A stretch of DNA of 64,000 bases from Methylibium sp. GTDB taxonomy: Bacteria; Pseudomonadota; Gammaproteobacteria; Burkholderiales; Burkholderiaceae_C. Below the pieces are notes generated by a model. It saw only the letters and a program-made list of their open reading frames with translations, did no database searches and was not told the origin of the DNA. This document shows positions 1-8,956 of this stretch, piece by piece. The stretch lies in contig JANOQS010000123.1 in the NCBI GenBank assembly GCA_031414975.1, positions 1,155 to 65,154 of the forward strand. Reading direction: 5' to 3'. A program made the translations under genes and the position numbers. Every line of letters starts with the position of its first letter. The stretch's first letter is position 1.

Positions 1-373
1 GGGCGTGCTCGTGCCGTGCATGGTGGCCGTCGACAGCCTGACGGTGGCGGTGCCTCTGTTGATGCTCATCGGCGCCTGCGCCGGCTTCTTCGTCGTGCCG
101 ATGAATGCGCTGCTGCAAGACCGCGGCTGCCGGCTGCTGACCGCCGGCCGGTCGATCGCGGTGCAGGGCTACAACGAAAACCTCAGCATCCTGGTGATGC
201 TGGCCACCTATGCCGCGCTGCTGGCGGCCGGCGTGCGCATCGGCTGGCTGATCGCGCTGCTGGGCGTGCTGGTGGCGCTGGTGATGAGCCTGCTGATCCT
301 GCGCGAACGCCGTCGATGCCGTCGATTGCCCTCGATGCCCGGCGTCGGCGGGTTCGATCCGTCGTCGTCCTGA
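1..373 (+). CDS. C-terminal fragment of an MFS-type membrane transporter (LplT-like); 5' end lies outside the window
   Basis: Frame is open from the window edge to the stop at 371-373. Hydrophobic TM segments and VVPMNALLQDRG resemble LplT/MFS C-termini. Confidence 0.5.
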   Translation, partial: GVLVPCMVAVDSLTVAVPLLMLIGACAGFFVVPMNALLQDRGCRLLTAGRSIAVQGYNENLSILVMLATYAALLAAGVRIGWLIALLGVLVALVMSLLILRERRRCRRLPSMPGVGGFDPSSS

Positions 374-423
374 CCACCGGGTTCGGCGCGCCCCTGGGGC
401 TGGCCGGGGCAGGGTGCCCGAGC

Positions 424-1353
424 TCAGTACACCTCGGGCACCACGATCTCCTGCGGCACCGCGTGGCGCACATAGTCGTCGTGCCGTTCCCGTGGCGGCA
501 GCACCACGGTCGGGCGCTGAACTTCTTCGTAGGGCATCTGCCCCAGCAGGTGGTGAATGCAGTTCAGGCGCGCCTTCTTCTTGTCGACCGCCTGCACCAC
601 CCACCACGGCGCTTCGGCGATGTGGGTGCGATCCAGCATCACTTCCTTGGCCTTGGTGTATTCCTCCCAGCGGCGGCGCGACTCCAGGTCCATCGGGCTG
701 AGCTTCCACTGCTTCAGCGGGTCGTGGATGCGGCCGAGGAAGCGCAGGTGCTGCTCTTCGTCGGAGATCGAGAACCAGTACTTGATCACCTGGATGCCCG
801 AGCGCACCAGCATGCGTTCGAACTCCGGCACGGTGCGGAAGAACTCCTCGTACTGCTCGTCGGTGCAAAAGCCCATCACCCGCTCGACGCCGGCGCGGTT
901 GTACCAGCTGCGGTCGAGCAGCACGATCTCGCCCGCCGCCGGCAGGTGCGACACATAACGCTGGAAGTACCACTGCGTGCGTTCGCGGTCGTTCGGCGCG
1001 GGCAGCGCCACCACGCGACACACGCGCGGGTTCAGGCGCTGCGTGATGCGCTTGATCACGCCACCCTTGCCGGCCGAGTCGCGCCCTTCGAAGATGACCA
1101 CGACCTTGTGCCCGCTGTGCACCACCCACTCCTGCAGCTTGACGAGTTCGCCCTGCAGGCGGAACAGCTCGCGGAAGTACAGGCGGCGTTGGTCCTTGTC
1201 GTCCGCCCGAGGATTGCCTGACATCTCGCCGGCTACTGCACCCGAGATGGCATCGAGGTTGCGGTCTTCCAGCTCCAGCTCGAACTCCTCGTCGTAGCTG
1301 TCGGTCAGGTCGTTCTGGATGCGCCGCACCAGGTCGTCGTCGATCTCGTTCAT
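424..1353 (-). CDS. ppk2: Polyphosphate kinase 2 (PPK2 family)
   Basis: 309 aa. Walker-A-like FEGRDSAGKGG, then YFQRY and DRSWYNRAGVERV, which are characteristic of PPK2. Confidence 0.9.
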   Translation of the reverse strand: MNEIDDDLVRRIQNDLTDSYDEEFELELEDRNLDAISGAVAGEMSGNPRADDKDQRRLYFRELFRLQGELVKLQEWVVHSGHKVVVIFEGRDSAGKGGVIKRITQRLNPRVCRVVALPAPNDRERTQWYFQRYVSHLPAAGEIVLLDRSWYNRAGVERVMGFCTDEQYEEFFRTVPEFERMLVRSGIQVIKYWFSISDEEQHLRFLGRIHDPLKQWKLSPMDLESRRRWEEYTKAKEVMLDRTHIAEAPWWVVQAVDKKKARLNCIHHLLGQMPYEEVQRPTVVLPPRERHDDYVRHAVPQEIVVPEVY

Positions 1354-1405
1354 GGGGCAGCTCCTGTCGGGAATCTTGAAACGAATCCGACCTTAGGGGG
1401 CCTCG

Positions 1406-1423
1406 ATGGCAGGCGTGTGACAA
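1406..1423 (-). promoter_or_regulatory. Pho-box-like direct repeat upstream of ppk2
   Basis: Minus strand reads TTGTCAC-ACGC-CTGCCAT (7+4+7, 11-nt period). Its 5' edge is 70 nt from the ppk2 ATG. Confidence 0.45.
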
Positions 1424-1468
1424 CGCCGCGGCGCCACCGCAGAGGCGGACCCCGGCGCCGCGGCCGGC

Positions 1469-2098
1469 TCAGATCCTGGTGGCGAGGCGGAGGCTGAGGC
1501 CGAGGCTCAGGCGCTCCATCGCATGCCGCACGGCGCGCTCCAGCACGCCGGTCCGGAGCTCGAGCGTGTCGACGCACTGCCCGTTCATCACGCCCGCCAG
1601 GCCATGCACGGTGGACCAGATGTACAGCGCATCGAGTTCCACGGTTTCCCGCATCGCCGCGGAATCGCCATGCATGCGCCTGAGCACGCCGCGCAGCACG
1701 TCGAATGCGTGGGTGGCATCGCGCACCAGCTCCGCCTGCGCCGCCGAATCGGGCCAGGTGGTGCTGAACATCAGCCGGTACTCCAGCGGGTGTTGGCGTG
1801 CATAGGCCAGGTACTGCAGGCCGAGCGATTCCAGATCCTGCGCGGGGTCGTTGAAGTGCGGTCGCGCGTCCAGGTGAGCCGCAAAGCGCTGGAAGCAGCG
1901 CCGCATCACCTCGGCCAGCAGGTGGTCGCGGCTGGGGTAGTGCCTGTAGGGCGCCTGGTGCGACACACCGAGCTTGCGTGCCACGTCGCGCAGGCTCAGG
2001 TTCTCGATGCCGCGTTCGGCGATCACCTCTTGTGCCGCCACGATGCAGGCGTCGCGCAAGTCGAGCGTCGGCACGGCTTCGGTCTTCTTGCGTGGCAT
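1469..2098 (-). CDS. TetR family transcriptional regulator
   Basis: Starts MPRKKTEAV. The HTH LSLRDVARKLGVSHQAPYRHY is typical of TetR N-terminal domains. Confidence 0.85.
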   Translation of the reverse strand: MPRKKTEAVPTLDLRDACIVAAQEVIAERGIENLSLRDVARKLGVSHQAPYRHYPSRDHLLAEVMRRCFQRFAAHLDARPHFNDPAQDLESLGLQYLAYARQHPLEYRLMFSTTWPDSAAQAELVRDATHAFDVLRGVLRRMHGDSAAMRETVELDALYIWSTVHGLAGVMNGQCVDTLELRTGVLERAVRHAMERLSLGLSLRLATRI

Positions 2099-2188
2099 GC
2101 GGTGTCGGGGAGCGATCGGAGGGCATGCAAAGCTACCACAGGCTCGCCACCGGGCCGGGCCCGGGATCATCGCCGCCGTGGTGGCGGT

Positions 2189-3016
2189 TCAGGCGGCAGG
2201 CGTTGGGCCGGCGGGCCGACCCTGGTGCGCCGTCATCCCGTTCATCACCTGGCCGATGACCTTCACCTGCGCTCCACGCGGCAGCATGGCCAGCGACCAG
2301 CCGAGCAGCTTGGACAGCCACCCCGGCCGCACCGTGGTCCGGCGCCCGAGCGCCTGCATCGTCACCCGCGCCACCACGTCGGCCGGCAGCGCGCGCGCCA
2401 TCTGCATGTTGGCGCGCGCTGCAAACCCGCTGTGGATCGGGCCGGGCGCACAGGCGATCACGTCCACCCCCAGCGGCGCCCATTCGACGCGCAGGCCTTC
2501 GGCCAGCGTCTGCACGTAGGCCTTGGTGGCCGCGTAGTGCGCGGCACGCGGCGTGCCCTGGAAGGCCAGCAGCGAACTCATGAAGACGATGCCGCCGCGC
2601 CCGCGCCGGGCGAAGCGTTGGCCGAAGTGCCAGGCCTGGGCCATGACGGCGCGGCAGTTCAGATCGGCCATGCCGGCCTCGTCTGCCAGGCCCGCGTCCA
2701 GCAGCGGCCCCGAGGTGCCGAACCCGGCCGCCGCCACCAACAGGCCGAGATCGAGATCGGCCGTGGCGTCGACCAGGTGCCTTGCGGACGCGAGGTCGGC
2801 CAGATCGACCGCCAGCACACGACATTGCACACCCTGCGCCTGGCGCAACTCCGCGGCCAAGGACTCGAGCGTCGCTTCGCGGCGCGCCGCCAGAACCAGG
2901 TTCAGTCCTTCGGCGGCGAGGTGCCTGGCGAAGGCGCGACCGATGCCGTCGCTGGCACCGGTGACCAGCGCCCAGGGGCCGAAGCGCTGCGCGAGCCGGG
3001 ACTGGTCCGCACTCAC
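2189..3016 (-). CDS. Short-chain dehydrogenase/reductase (SDR)
   Basis: GTG start at 3016. Rossmann motif ALVTGASDGIG near the N-terminus, and YAATKAY active-site motif. Confidence 0.85.
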   Translation of the reverse strand: MSADQSRLAQRFGPWALVTGASDGIGRAFARHLAAEGLNLVLAARREATLESLAAELRQAQGVQCRVLAVDLADLASARHLVDATADLDLGLLVAAAGFGTSGPLLDAGLADEAGMADLNCRAVMAQAWHFGQRFARRGRGGIVFMSSLLAFQGTPRAAHYAATKAYVQTLAEGLRVEWAPLGVDVIACAPGPIHSGFAARANMQMARALPADVVARVTMQALGRRTTVRPGWLSKLLGWSLAMLPRGAQVKVIGQVMNGMTAHQGRPAGPTPAA

Positions 3017-3185
3017 CTGGCCACCTTGATGTCGATCACCACTGGCTGCCCAGCAGCGGCGACCTTGAACGCCACCGCTTCGAAACGCGGCGTGCGAAGC
3101 CTGGGCCGGGCGCTCGGTACGGGAACACAAGTCATCGTGACCTCCAGGGATAGAAGCACCTCGCGCAGCACAGGCGCCGATGCGT

Positions 3186-3232
3186 GTTGACAGTGTCTAC
3201 AAGTTTAAGGAACAATGGTAGACGCTGTCAAC
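3186..3232. promoter_or_regulatory. 15-bp inverted repeat (one mismatch) with a 17-nt spacer; candidate operator or face-to-face promoters
   Basis: GTTGACAGTGTCTAC (3186-3200) pairs with GTAGACGCTGTCAAC (3218-3232). Each arm carries TTGACA. It lies between the SDR-TetR operon and the patatin gene. Confidence 0.5.
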
Positions 3233-3258
3233 ATCAAACTCGACGGAGGCCCGACGTC

Positions 3259-4179
3259 ATGGCCCGACACCTTGTCTTCTGCACGGCTGCCGCGGCGCTG
3301 GCCGCGGCGCTGGCGGGGTGCGCCCCGTTCAACCATACCGGCCCGGACAGTCCGCGCGCCCTGTCGGCGCTGCCGCCGATGCAGCCGCAGCCCCGGATCG
3401 CGCTGGTGCTCGGCAGTGGCGGGCCGCGTGGTTACGCGCACATCGGCGTGATGCGGGTGCTGGAAGATGCTGGCGTCGAGATCGACCTGGTCGTCGGCAC
3501 CAGCGTCGGCGCGCTGCTGGGCGCCTTCTGGGCCGACGGGCGCTCGGCGGCCGAGATCGATGCGTTGTCGCAGGACGGCGGCCCGCTCACCTTGTTCGAC
3601 CCATCGCCCCTGGCCGACCGTGGCTGGATTCACGGCCAGCGCCTGCAGGAATACGTCAACACCCGGCTCGGCAACAAGCCCATCGAACAACTGCAGCGGC
3701 GCCTCGTCGTGGGCGCCACACGGCGCGATGACGACGCGCCGGTGTTCTTCGCGAGCGGCAATGCGGGTGTGGCCGTGCGCGCCTCCAGCGCGGTGCCGGG
3801 GATCGTTTCGCCCGTCGGCATCGAAGGCACCGAGTACGAAGACGGCGACGAGTCGCTGCCGCTGGCAGTGCGTGCAGCGCGGCAGGCCGGGGCGCACTTC
3901 GTGATTGCCGTAGACGTGACGCCGCGACTCGAGACCGCACCCCCCCATGCGTCGGCGGCACTGCGCGAACGGATCGCCCGCCGCGGTGCCCGCATCGCGC
4001 CGGAGGCGGCGCTGGCCGACTACCTGATCCATGCCGAAACCGGCTTCGATGCGTCACCGCTGCCGGGCTACTTTCGGCAGGCCCGCGCCGCCGGTGAGCA
4101 CAGCGCCCGCCGCCACCTGCCCTTGCTGCTGGCGCGCCTGCAGGGGGCTGGCCTGGCGCCGCCCAGGCCGACGCCCTGA
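3259..4179 (+). CDS. Patatin-like phospholipase, probable lipoprotein
   Basis: GGAGG lies 9 nt upstream of the ATG. Signal/lipobox LAGC, oxyanion GSGGPRG and nucleophile GTSVG motifs. Confidence 0.85.
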   Translation: MARHLVFCTAAAALAAALAGCAPFNHTGPDSPRALSALPPMQPQPRIALVLGSGGPRGYAHIGVMRVLEDAGVEIDLVVGTSVGALLGAFWADGRSAAEIDALSQDGGPLTLFDPSPLADRGWIHGQRLQEYVNTRLGNKPIEQLQRRLVVGATRRDDDAPVFFASGNAGVAVRASSAVPGIVSPVGIEGTEYEDGDESLPLAVRAARQAGAHFVIAVDVTPRLETAPPHASAALRERIARRGARIAPEAALADYLIHAETGFDASPLPGYFRQARAAGEHSARRHLPLLLARLQGAGLAPPRPTP

Positions 4180-4307
4180 CGCACCCCGGCCGGAGAAGAA
4201 ATTTCTGCGGCCTGTCGAAATCGATCCGCGTCGCGTGTCATCCCGGTGAGCCGCGACCCGGTGAACGCATCCCGCGCCACCGCCGCGGCTCGCATCAGGA
4301 GAGTGAC

Positions 4308-4772
4308 GTGCAGACATTGACTCTGGATTCGCCGGCATCAAGGGTGCCGGCCTGGCTTTGGGCCGCCGCGGCGCTGGGCGTTGTGTGGAACCTGTACGGC
4401 GTGGTCCAGTTTGCCGGCACCTTCACGCCGGCCGGCCAGGCGGCCATGACGGCCGGCATGACGGGTTCTCAGGCCGCGCTGTACCTGTCGCTGCCGGGCT
4501 GGATCAGCGGGGTGTTCGCGGTCGGCGTGTTCGGCGGGCTGGCCGGCGCCCTGCTGCTGGCGCTGCGGCGGCGCGCCGCCCGGCCGGTGCTGGCGGCATC
4601 GTTGCTCGGTTATGGCCTGCTCTTTGCAGGCGACGCCTACCACGGCGTCTTTGCCGCCATTCCCGCCCAACTGGCTATCCTGGCCATGGTCGTCGTCATT
4701 GCGGCGGCCCTGTCCGGGGTGGCTGAAGTGGCCTCCCGGCGTGGCCTGCTGAACAACCGCAACACCCACTGA
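4308..4772 (+). CDS. Hypothetical integral membrane protein (about 4 TM)
   Basis: GTG start preceded by AGGAGAG. Hydrophobic segments and good GC3. No family recognised. Confidence 0.5.
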   Translation: MQTLTLDSPASRVPAWLWAAAALGVVWNLYGVVQFAGTFTPAGQAAMTAGMTGSQAALYLSLPGWISGVFAVGVFGGLAGALLLALRRRAARPVLAASLLGYGLLFAGDAYHGVFAAIPAQLAILAMVVVIAAALSGVAEVASRRGLLNNRNTH

Positions 4773-4785
4773 AAGCACCCAGACC

Positions 4786-5154
4786 ATGCAATACATGCTT
4801 CTGCTCAACGAACCCGCAAGCGAATTTGCCAAGCGCAATCATCCCGAACATGCCGGCGCTTACTGGGGCGGCTGGAACGCCTTCATCGGCGCCATGGCGC
4901 AGGCCGGCGTCATCGTCAAGGGTGACGGCCTGGAGAGCCCGCAGGCGGCCGCGACCGTGCGCATTCGCGACGGCAAACGCGTGGTTCAGGACGGCCCCTT
5001 TGCCGACGCCAAGGAGCAACTCGGCGGCTACTTCGTGATCGAGGTGCCCGACCTGGACGCAGCGCTGGAGTGGGCCGCGCGCGCACCCTCGGCCTCCAGC
5101 GCTTCGGTCGAGGTGCGGCCCGTGCTGCCGCCGATGGCGCCGCCGACCGCCTGA
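4786..5154 (+). CDS. YciI-like / DGPF-domain protein
   Basis: 122 aa with QDGPFADAKEQLGGYF, typical of the YCII/DGPF family that precedes this class of sigma factor. Confidence 0.85.
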   Translation: MQYMLLLNEPASEFAKRNHPEHAGAYWGGWNAFIGAMAQAGVIVKGDGLESPQAAATVRIRDGKRVVQDGPFADAKEQLGGYFVIEVPDLDAALEWAARAPSASSASVEVRPVLPPMAPPTA

Positions 5155-5166
5155 TGAAGCCCGGCG

Positions 5167-6396
5167 ATGCCCGACACGCGCCCCTCGGCCAAGGCGGCAG
5201 AGACCGCGGCGCGCGCCTCGTATGGCCGGCTGCTGGCGATCCTGGCGGCGCGCTCGCGGGACATCGCAGCGTCTGAAGACGCCCTTGCCGACGCCTTCGT
5301 CGCCGCGCTGCGCACCTGGCCCGACAGCGGCGTGCCACACAACCCGGACGCATGGCTGATCACCGCGGCGCGCAACAGCATCAAGAACGCGGCGCGCCAT
5401 CAGGGCGTGGTCGACGCCTCGGCGGTCGAGCTCGCACTGCTGCACGATGACACCTGGACCCACTCGAACGAGGTGCCTGACGACCGCCTCAAGCTGCTGT
5501 TCGTCTGCGCCCACCCGGCCATCGACGCAGGCGTGCGCACACCGCTGATGCTGCAGACCGTGCTGGGCCTCGACGCAGCGCAGATCGGCGCCGCTTTCCT
5601 GGTCGCTCCGGCCACCATGGGGCAGCGGCTGGTGCGTGCCAAAGCCAGGATCAAGGAGGCCCGGCTGCGCTTCGAGCTGCCGACCGCCGAAGACATGCCC
5701 GACCGTCTGGAAGATGTGCTGAACGCCATTTACGCGGCCTACGGCACGAGTTGGGACGCGGTCGCCGGTGCCGCCACGGGCGCCAGAGACCTGGCCGAGG
5801 AAGCGCTGTTCCTCAGCCGCCTGCTCGTGGCGCTGCTGCCGGCCGAGCCCGAGGCGCGCGGCCTGCTGGCGCTGATGCTGTATTGCGAGTCGCGCCGCGC
5901 GGCGCGGCGCATTGCCGATGGCCGCTTCGTGCCACTCAAGCGCCAGGATTCGAGCCGGTGGTCGCACGACATGATCGCCGAGGCCGAAGAACTGCTGACC
6001 ATCGCGTCGCGCGCCGGTGTGTTCGGCCGCTACCAGTGCGAGGCCGCGATCCAGTCGGTCCACGTCCAGCGGCCCCTCACCGGCCACCCGCAACATGAAG
6101 CGCTGGCCACGCTCTACCAACTGCTGGCCACACGTTGCCCGAGCGTCGGCGTGTTGGTTGCCCAGGCGGCCGCGATGGTCGAGGCCGGCCAGCCCGACCA
6201 GGCCCTGGGCGTGCTGGGCCGGCTGGTCGCCGCCGAAGTCAGCAGCTACCAGCCCTATTGGGTGACGCTGGCCACGGCACGGGCGGCCGCGGGCGACAGG
6301 GCCTCGGCCGAGCAGGCCTTGCAGACGGCGATCGGGCTGACCGAGGACCCTGCGATCCGGGCGTTCCTCACGGGGTCGCTGCGCGGCGGCTCGTGA
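5167..6396 (+). CDS. ECF-type RNA polymerase sigma factor with a long C-terminal extension
   Basis: Region-2-like PDAWLITAARN and region-4-like LQTVLGLDAAQIGAAFLVAPATMGQRLVRAK. TPR-like tail. Confidence 0.8.
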   Translation: MPDTRPSAKAAETAARASYGRLLAILAARSRDIAASEDALADAFVAALRTWPDSGVPHNPDAWLITAARNSIKNAARHQGVVDASAVELALLHDDTWTHSNEVPDDRLKLLFVCAHPAIDAGVRTPLMLQTVLGLDAAQIGAAFLVAPATMGQRLVRAKARIKEARLRFELPTAEDMPDRLEDVLNAIYAAYGTSWDAVAGAATGARDLAEEALFLSRLLVALLPAEPEARGLLALMLYCESRRAARRIADGRFVPLKRQDSSRWSHDMIAEAEELLTIASRAGVFGRYQCEAAIQSVHVQRPLTGHPQHEALATLYQLLATRCPSVGVLVAQAAAMVEAGQPDQALGVLGRLVAAEVSSYQPYWVTLATARAAAGDRASAEQALQTAIGLTEDPAIRAFLTGSLRGGS

Positions 6397-6399
6397 AGA

Positions 6400-7191
6400 T
6401 CAGGCGCGCACCGGCACCAGCAGGCGGTGCCGGTCATGCGACATGAAGTCCCCCTGGGTCGGGTCGTAATCCCAGCGCTCGACCACCGCGCGTTCGACTG
6501 CGGCGGCATCGATGCGGATCAGGTTCACCGAATTGCCGGCCCCGGCCCGCACCCGGCCGCTCAGCGCCGTGCCCGCCTGCACCGCCCAGCCGCCGCCAGC
6601 CAGCGCCAGCACGAAGGGCAGGTGGATGTGCCCGCCGATGATCATGTCCACCCCCGCGGCGCCCCAGGCCTGCAGCGCCGCGGCGTGGCCGTGCAGGCGG
6701 TTCGTCTCGTCCTCGGGTCGCGTGACCACCAGCGGCTGGTGCACCACCACCACGCGCCGCTGCACGGGCCGCGCCTGCGCCAGGCGGCGCGCCACCCGCT
6801 CGACCTGGCCGGTCGAAAGCTGCCCGTCCTTGTGGCGCCACCAGCGCGTGGTGTTGACGGCCAGCAGCAGCAGGTCGTCGGTGTCCAGGCTGGGTTCGAG
6901 CTCGGCTCCGAAGGCGGCCTCATAGCGCGCATACGGCCGCAGCAGGCGCAGCGGCAGGTGCCACAGCGGGATGTCGTGGTTGCCCGGCACGGCCACGCAA
7001 TGTGGCACTTGCAAGCGCTGCACGAAGGCCCGCGCCGCTGCAAACTGCGCACGCGTTGCGCGCTGCGTGATGTCGCCCGACAGCAGCAGCACCTGCGGCT
7101 TCAGCGCCAGCGCCAGCCGCACCAGGGCGTCCACCACGGCCGGGCGCTCGGTGCCGAAGTGCGGGTCCGAGACCTGCAGCAGCAGCGTCAC
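6400..7191 (-). CDS. Metallophosphoesterase (calcineurin-like)
   Basis: Motifs QVSDPHFG, LSGDITQ, VPGNHD and GGHIH. Its GTG start overlaps the upstream stop (GTGA). Confidence 0.8.
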   Translation of the reverse strand: MTLLLQVSDPHFGTERPAVVDALVRLALALKPQVLLLSGDITQRATRAQFAAARAFVQRLQVPHCVAVPGNHDIPLWHLPLRLLRPYARYEAAFGAELEPSLDTDDLLLLAVNTTRWWRHKDGQLSTGQVERVARRLAQARPVQRRVVVVHQPLVVTRPEDETNRLHGHAAALQAWGAAGVDMIIGGHIHLPFVLALAGGGWAVQAGTALSGRVRAGAGNSVNLIRIDAAAVERAVVERWDYDPTQGDFMSHDRHRLLVPVRA

Positions 7192-8174
7192 CCGGCGGCC
7201 TCTTGCCCGTCCATGAGCTCGGGTGCTGGCACGGGGGGGCGCAGCAGGTCCAGCGTTTGCGGCGCAACGCGGAAGCTCAGCGGCAGCCGCATCCAGGTCA
7301 CCTCGCCGTCGGTCGCCACCTTGATGCGCTGCGAACCCAGCCTGCCCAGGCGGCGGCCGGCCCGCACCGTGAGCTGGCGGGTGGCGACGTGGATCAGCTC
7401 ATCGGCTTCGCCCAGGCGGCCGAAGGCGCCGCGCCACAGCAGGCCCAACATCTTCAAGCGCCCCACCGGGCGCAGCGCGATGGCGGCCAGCCCATCGGCG
7501 GCGACGGCCTGGGCCTCGGGCAAACCCAGTTGTTGCAACTGCAGCGGGTTGTTGCCGACGAAGAGTGTGGGCGTGCGCAGCTCACGCTCCTGCCCCTGGC
7601 TCTCCACCCGCAGGCGCAGGCTGCGGTGGCCGCGCAGCAAGGTGGCCAGGCCGGCGCCAAAGGCCACCAGCCGGCTGCGCCCGAACTGGCGCTTCCATTC
7701 CTCGCGGTCCTCCAGCAATTGTGGGTACAGCCCCAGGCTGGCGTTGACGAGGAACACCCGCTCGCCCACCAGCCCCACCTGGGCCGGCTGGCGGTGGCCG
7801 GCCAGCAGCACCATCAGCGCCGCACGCGTGTCGGCCGGAATGCCGTGGGTGCGGCTGAAGTAGTTGAAAGTGCCCTGGGGCAGCACGCCGAAGCTGCAGC
7901 CACTGCCCAGCACGGCCTGCGCCACGGCGTTGATGGTGCCGTCGCCGCCGGCCGCCACCACCACGCCGCCGGTCTGCTTTGCCTGGTCCACCGCCCGGCG
8001 TGCGATGGCCTCGATCTGCCGAGGCTCGTGCACCTCCAGCAGGTGCAGCGCTCGGCCGGCCTCCACGCAGCCGGCCTGCAGCGCGGCGCGCACCTCGTCG
8101 GCCTCGCCGTGGCCGGCGCCGATGTTGAAGACCACCACCAGTGGCGGGCCCGGAGACTGATGCGGGTTTTCCAT
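7188..8174 (-). CDS. Diacylglycerol-kinase-family lipid kinase (YegS/LCB5-like)
   Basis: Starts MENPHQ. VVAAGGDGTINAV and GVLPQGTFNYF motifs. Confidence 0.85.
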   Translation of the reverse strand: MENPHQSPGPPLVVVFNIGAGHGEADEVRAALQAGCVEAGRALHLLEVHEPRQIEAIARRAVDQAKQTGGVVVAAGGDGTINAVAQAVLGSGCSFGVLPQGTFNYFSRTHGIPADTRAALMVLLAGHRQPAQVGLVGERVFLVNASLGLYPQLLEDREEWKRQFGRSRLVAFGAGLATLLRGHRSLRLRVESQGQERELRTPTLFVGNNPLQLQQLGLPEAQAVAADGLAAIALRPVGRLKMLGLLWRGAFGRLGEADELIHVATRQLTVRAGRRLGRLGSQRIKVATDGEVTWMRLPLSFRVAPQTLDLLRPPVPAPELMDGQEAAG

Positions 8175-8216
8175 AGGGGCCCGATGATGCAGCATGCAAG
8201 GCTGGCCGCGCACGAC

Positions 8217-8234
8217 GGTTCACGCGCTTGTCAC
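8217..8234 (+). promoter_or_regulatory. Pho-box-like direct repeat upstream of the DUF1877 gene
   Basis: GGTTCAC-GCGC-TTGTCAC, 66 nt from the ATG. The 34-nt block starting here is 29/34 identical to the phoD upstream block. Confidence 0.55.
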
Positions 8235-8282
8235 GCGGGCATTCCAAGATGCCCCACTGGCCAGCGCGCGGGGAGGGGACTC

Positions 8283-8867
8283 ATGGGTGTCTGCTGCGTC
8301 TTGTACGCCGTTCGCGACGCGACGCTCGCTGAGGTTCTCGCCGATCCGCCCCTGGTCTGGCGGGTCATCGATGCGGACGACGCCAGCGCCTATCTGCGCG
8401 AGATCGGCGTCGGCGCCCGGCGCTCCTGGTTCGCCCGCCTGTTCGGTGCACCGCCGCCTGCACCGGAAGTGCGCGCGCTGTCGTTTTCGGAACACGAACG
8501 CCAGATGGCCGACCTGGACAAGTCGTGGGACGGGCTGAACGCGTGCCTTCTGGCCTGCCGCCCGGATGTGCCGGGCTTGTTCGACGGCAGCGGCAAGATC
8601 GGCAAGGTCGAGGTCGGCTACGGCCCGGCGCTCTACCACCGCAGCGAAACGATGCTTCAGATCGCCGAGGCCTACCTGTCGGTCACGGACGCCGAGTTGC
8701 TGCAGGCCTTGCGGACCGCCGACCTGAGCAGGCGCTACCTGGCCGAGGTGTGGAAGCGCGGCGACCCGGATGCGGTCTCGTACCTGGTCGAGCACTTTGC
8801 CGAGCTGCGCTGCTTCCTGCAGCACACCCGGGAACATTCGCTCGGGGCCATCTTGCAGTACACCTGA
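8283..8867 (+). CDS. DUF1877 (YfbM-like) family protein
   Basis: 194 aa. N-terminal MGxxxxLYAV and LDKSWDGL resemble E. coli YfbM (from memory). Confidence 0.7.
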   Translation: MGVCCVLYAVRDATLAEVLADPPLVWRVIDADDASAYLREIGVGARRSWFARLFGAPPPAPEVRALSFSEHERQMADLDKSWDGLNACLLACRPDVPGLFDGSGKIGKVEVGYGPALYHRSETMLQIAEAYLSVTDAELLQALRTADLSRRYLAEVWKRGDPDAVSYLVEHFAELRCFLQHTREHSLGAILQYT

Positions 8868-8891
8868 TCGACAGCCCGAGCGCTGACATCT

Positions 8892-8909
8892 TTGTCACGC
8901 GACCGACAC
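8892..8909 (+). promoter_or_regulatory. Pho-box-like direct repeat upstream of the glycerophosphodiesterase gene
   Basis: TTGTCAC-GCGA-CCGACAC, 65 nt from the ATG at 8957. Confidence 0.45.
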
Positions 8910-8956
8910 CGAAAGCGCCTACGCTCGCCACTCCCTCACACTGCGTGGAGATACCC

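Noticed and set aside
16-3190. Long ORFs 16..1221(+) and 1523..3190(+), antisense to ppk2, TetR and SDR
   Set aside because: Their translations are Arg/Ala/Gly/His-rich with no motifs. They overlap well-supported genes on the other strand. This is typical shadow-ORF behaviour in high-GC DNA.
4696-7863. ORFs 4696..6120(-) and 6427..7863(+), 474-478 aa
   Set aside because: They are antisense to the YciI/sigma factor genes and to the metallophosphoesterase/lipid kinase genes. Composition is low-complexity and Arg-rich with no recognisable domains.
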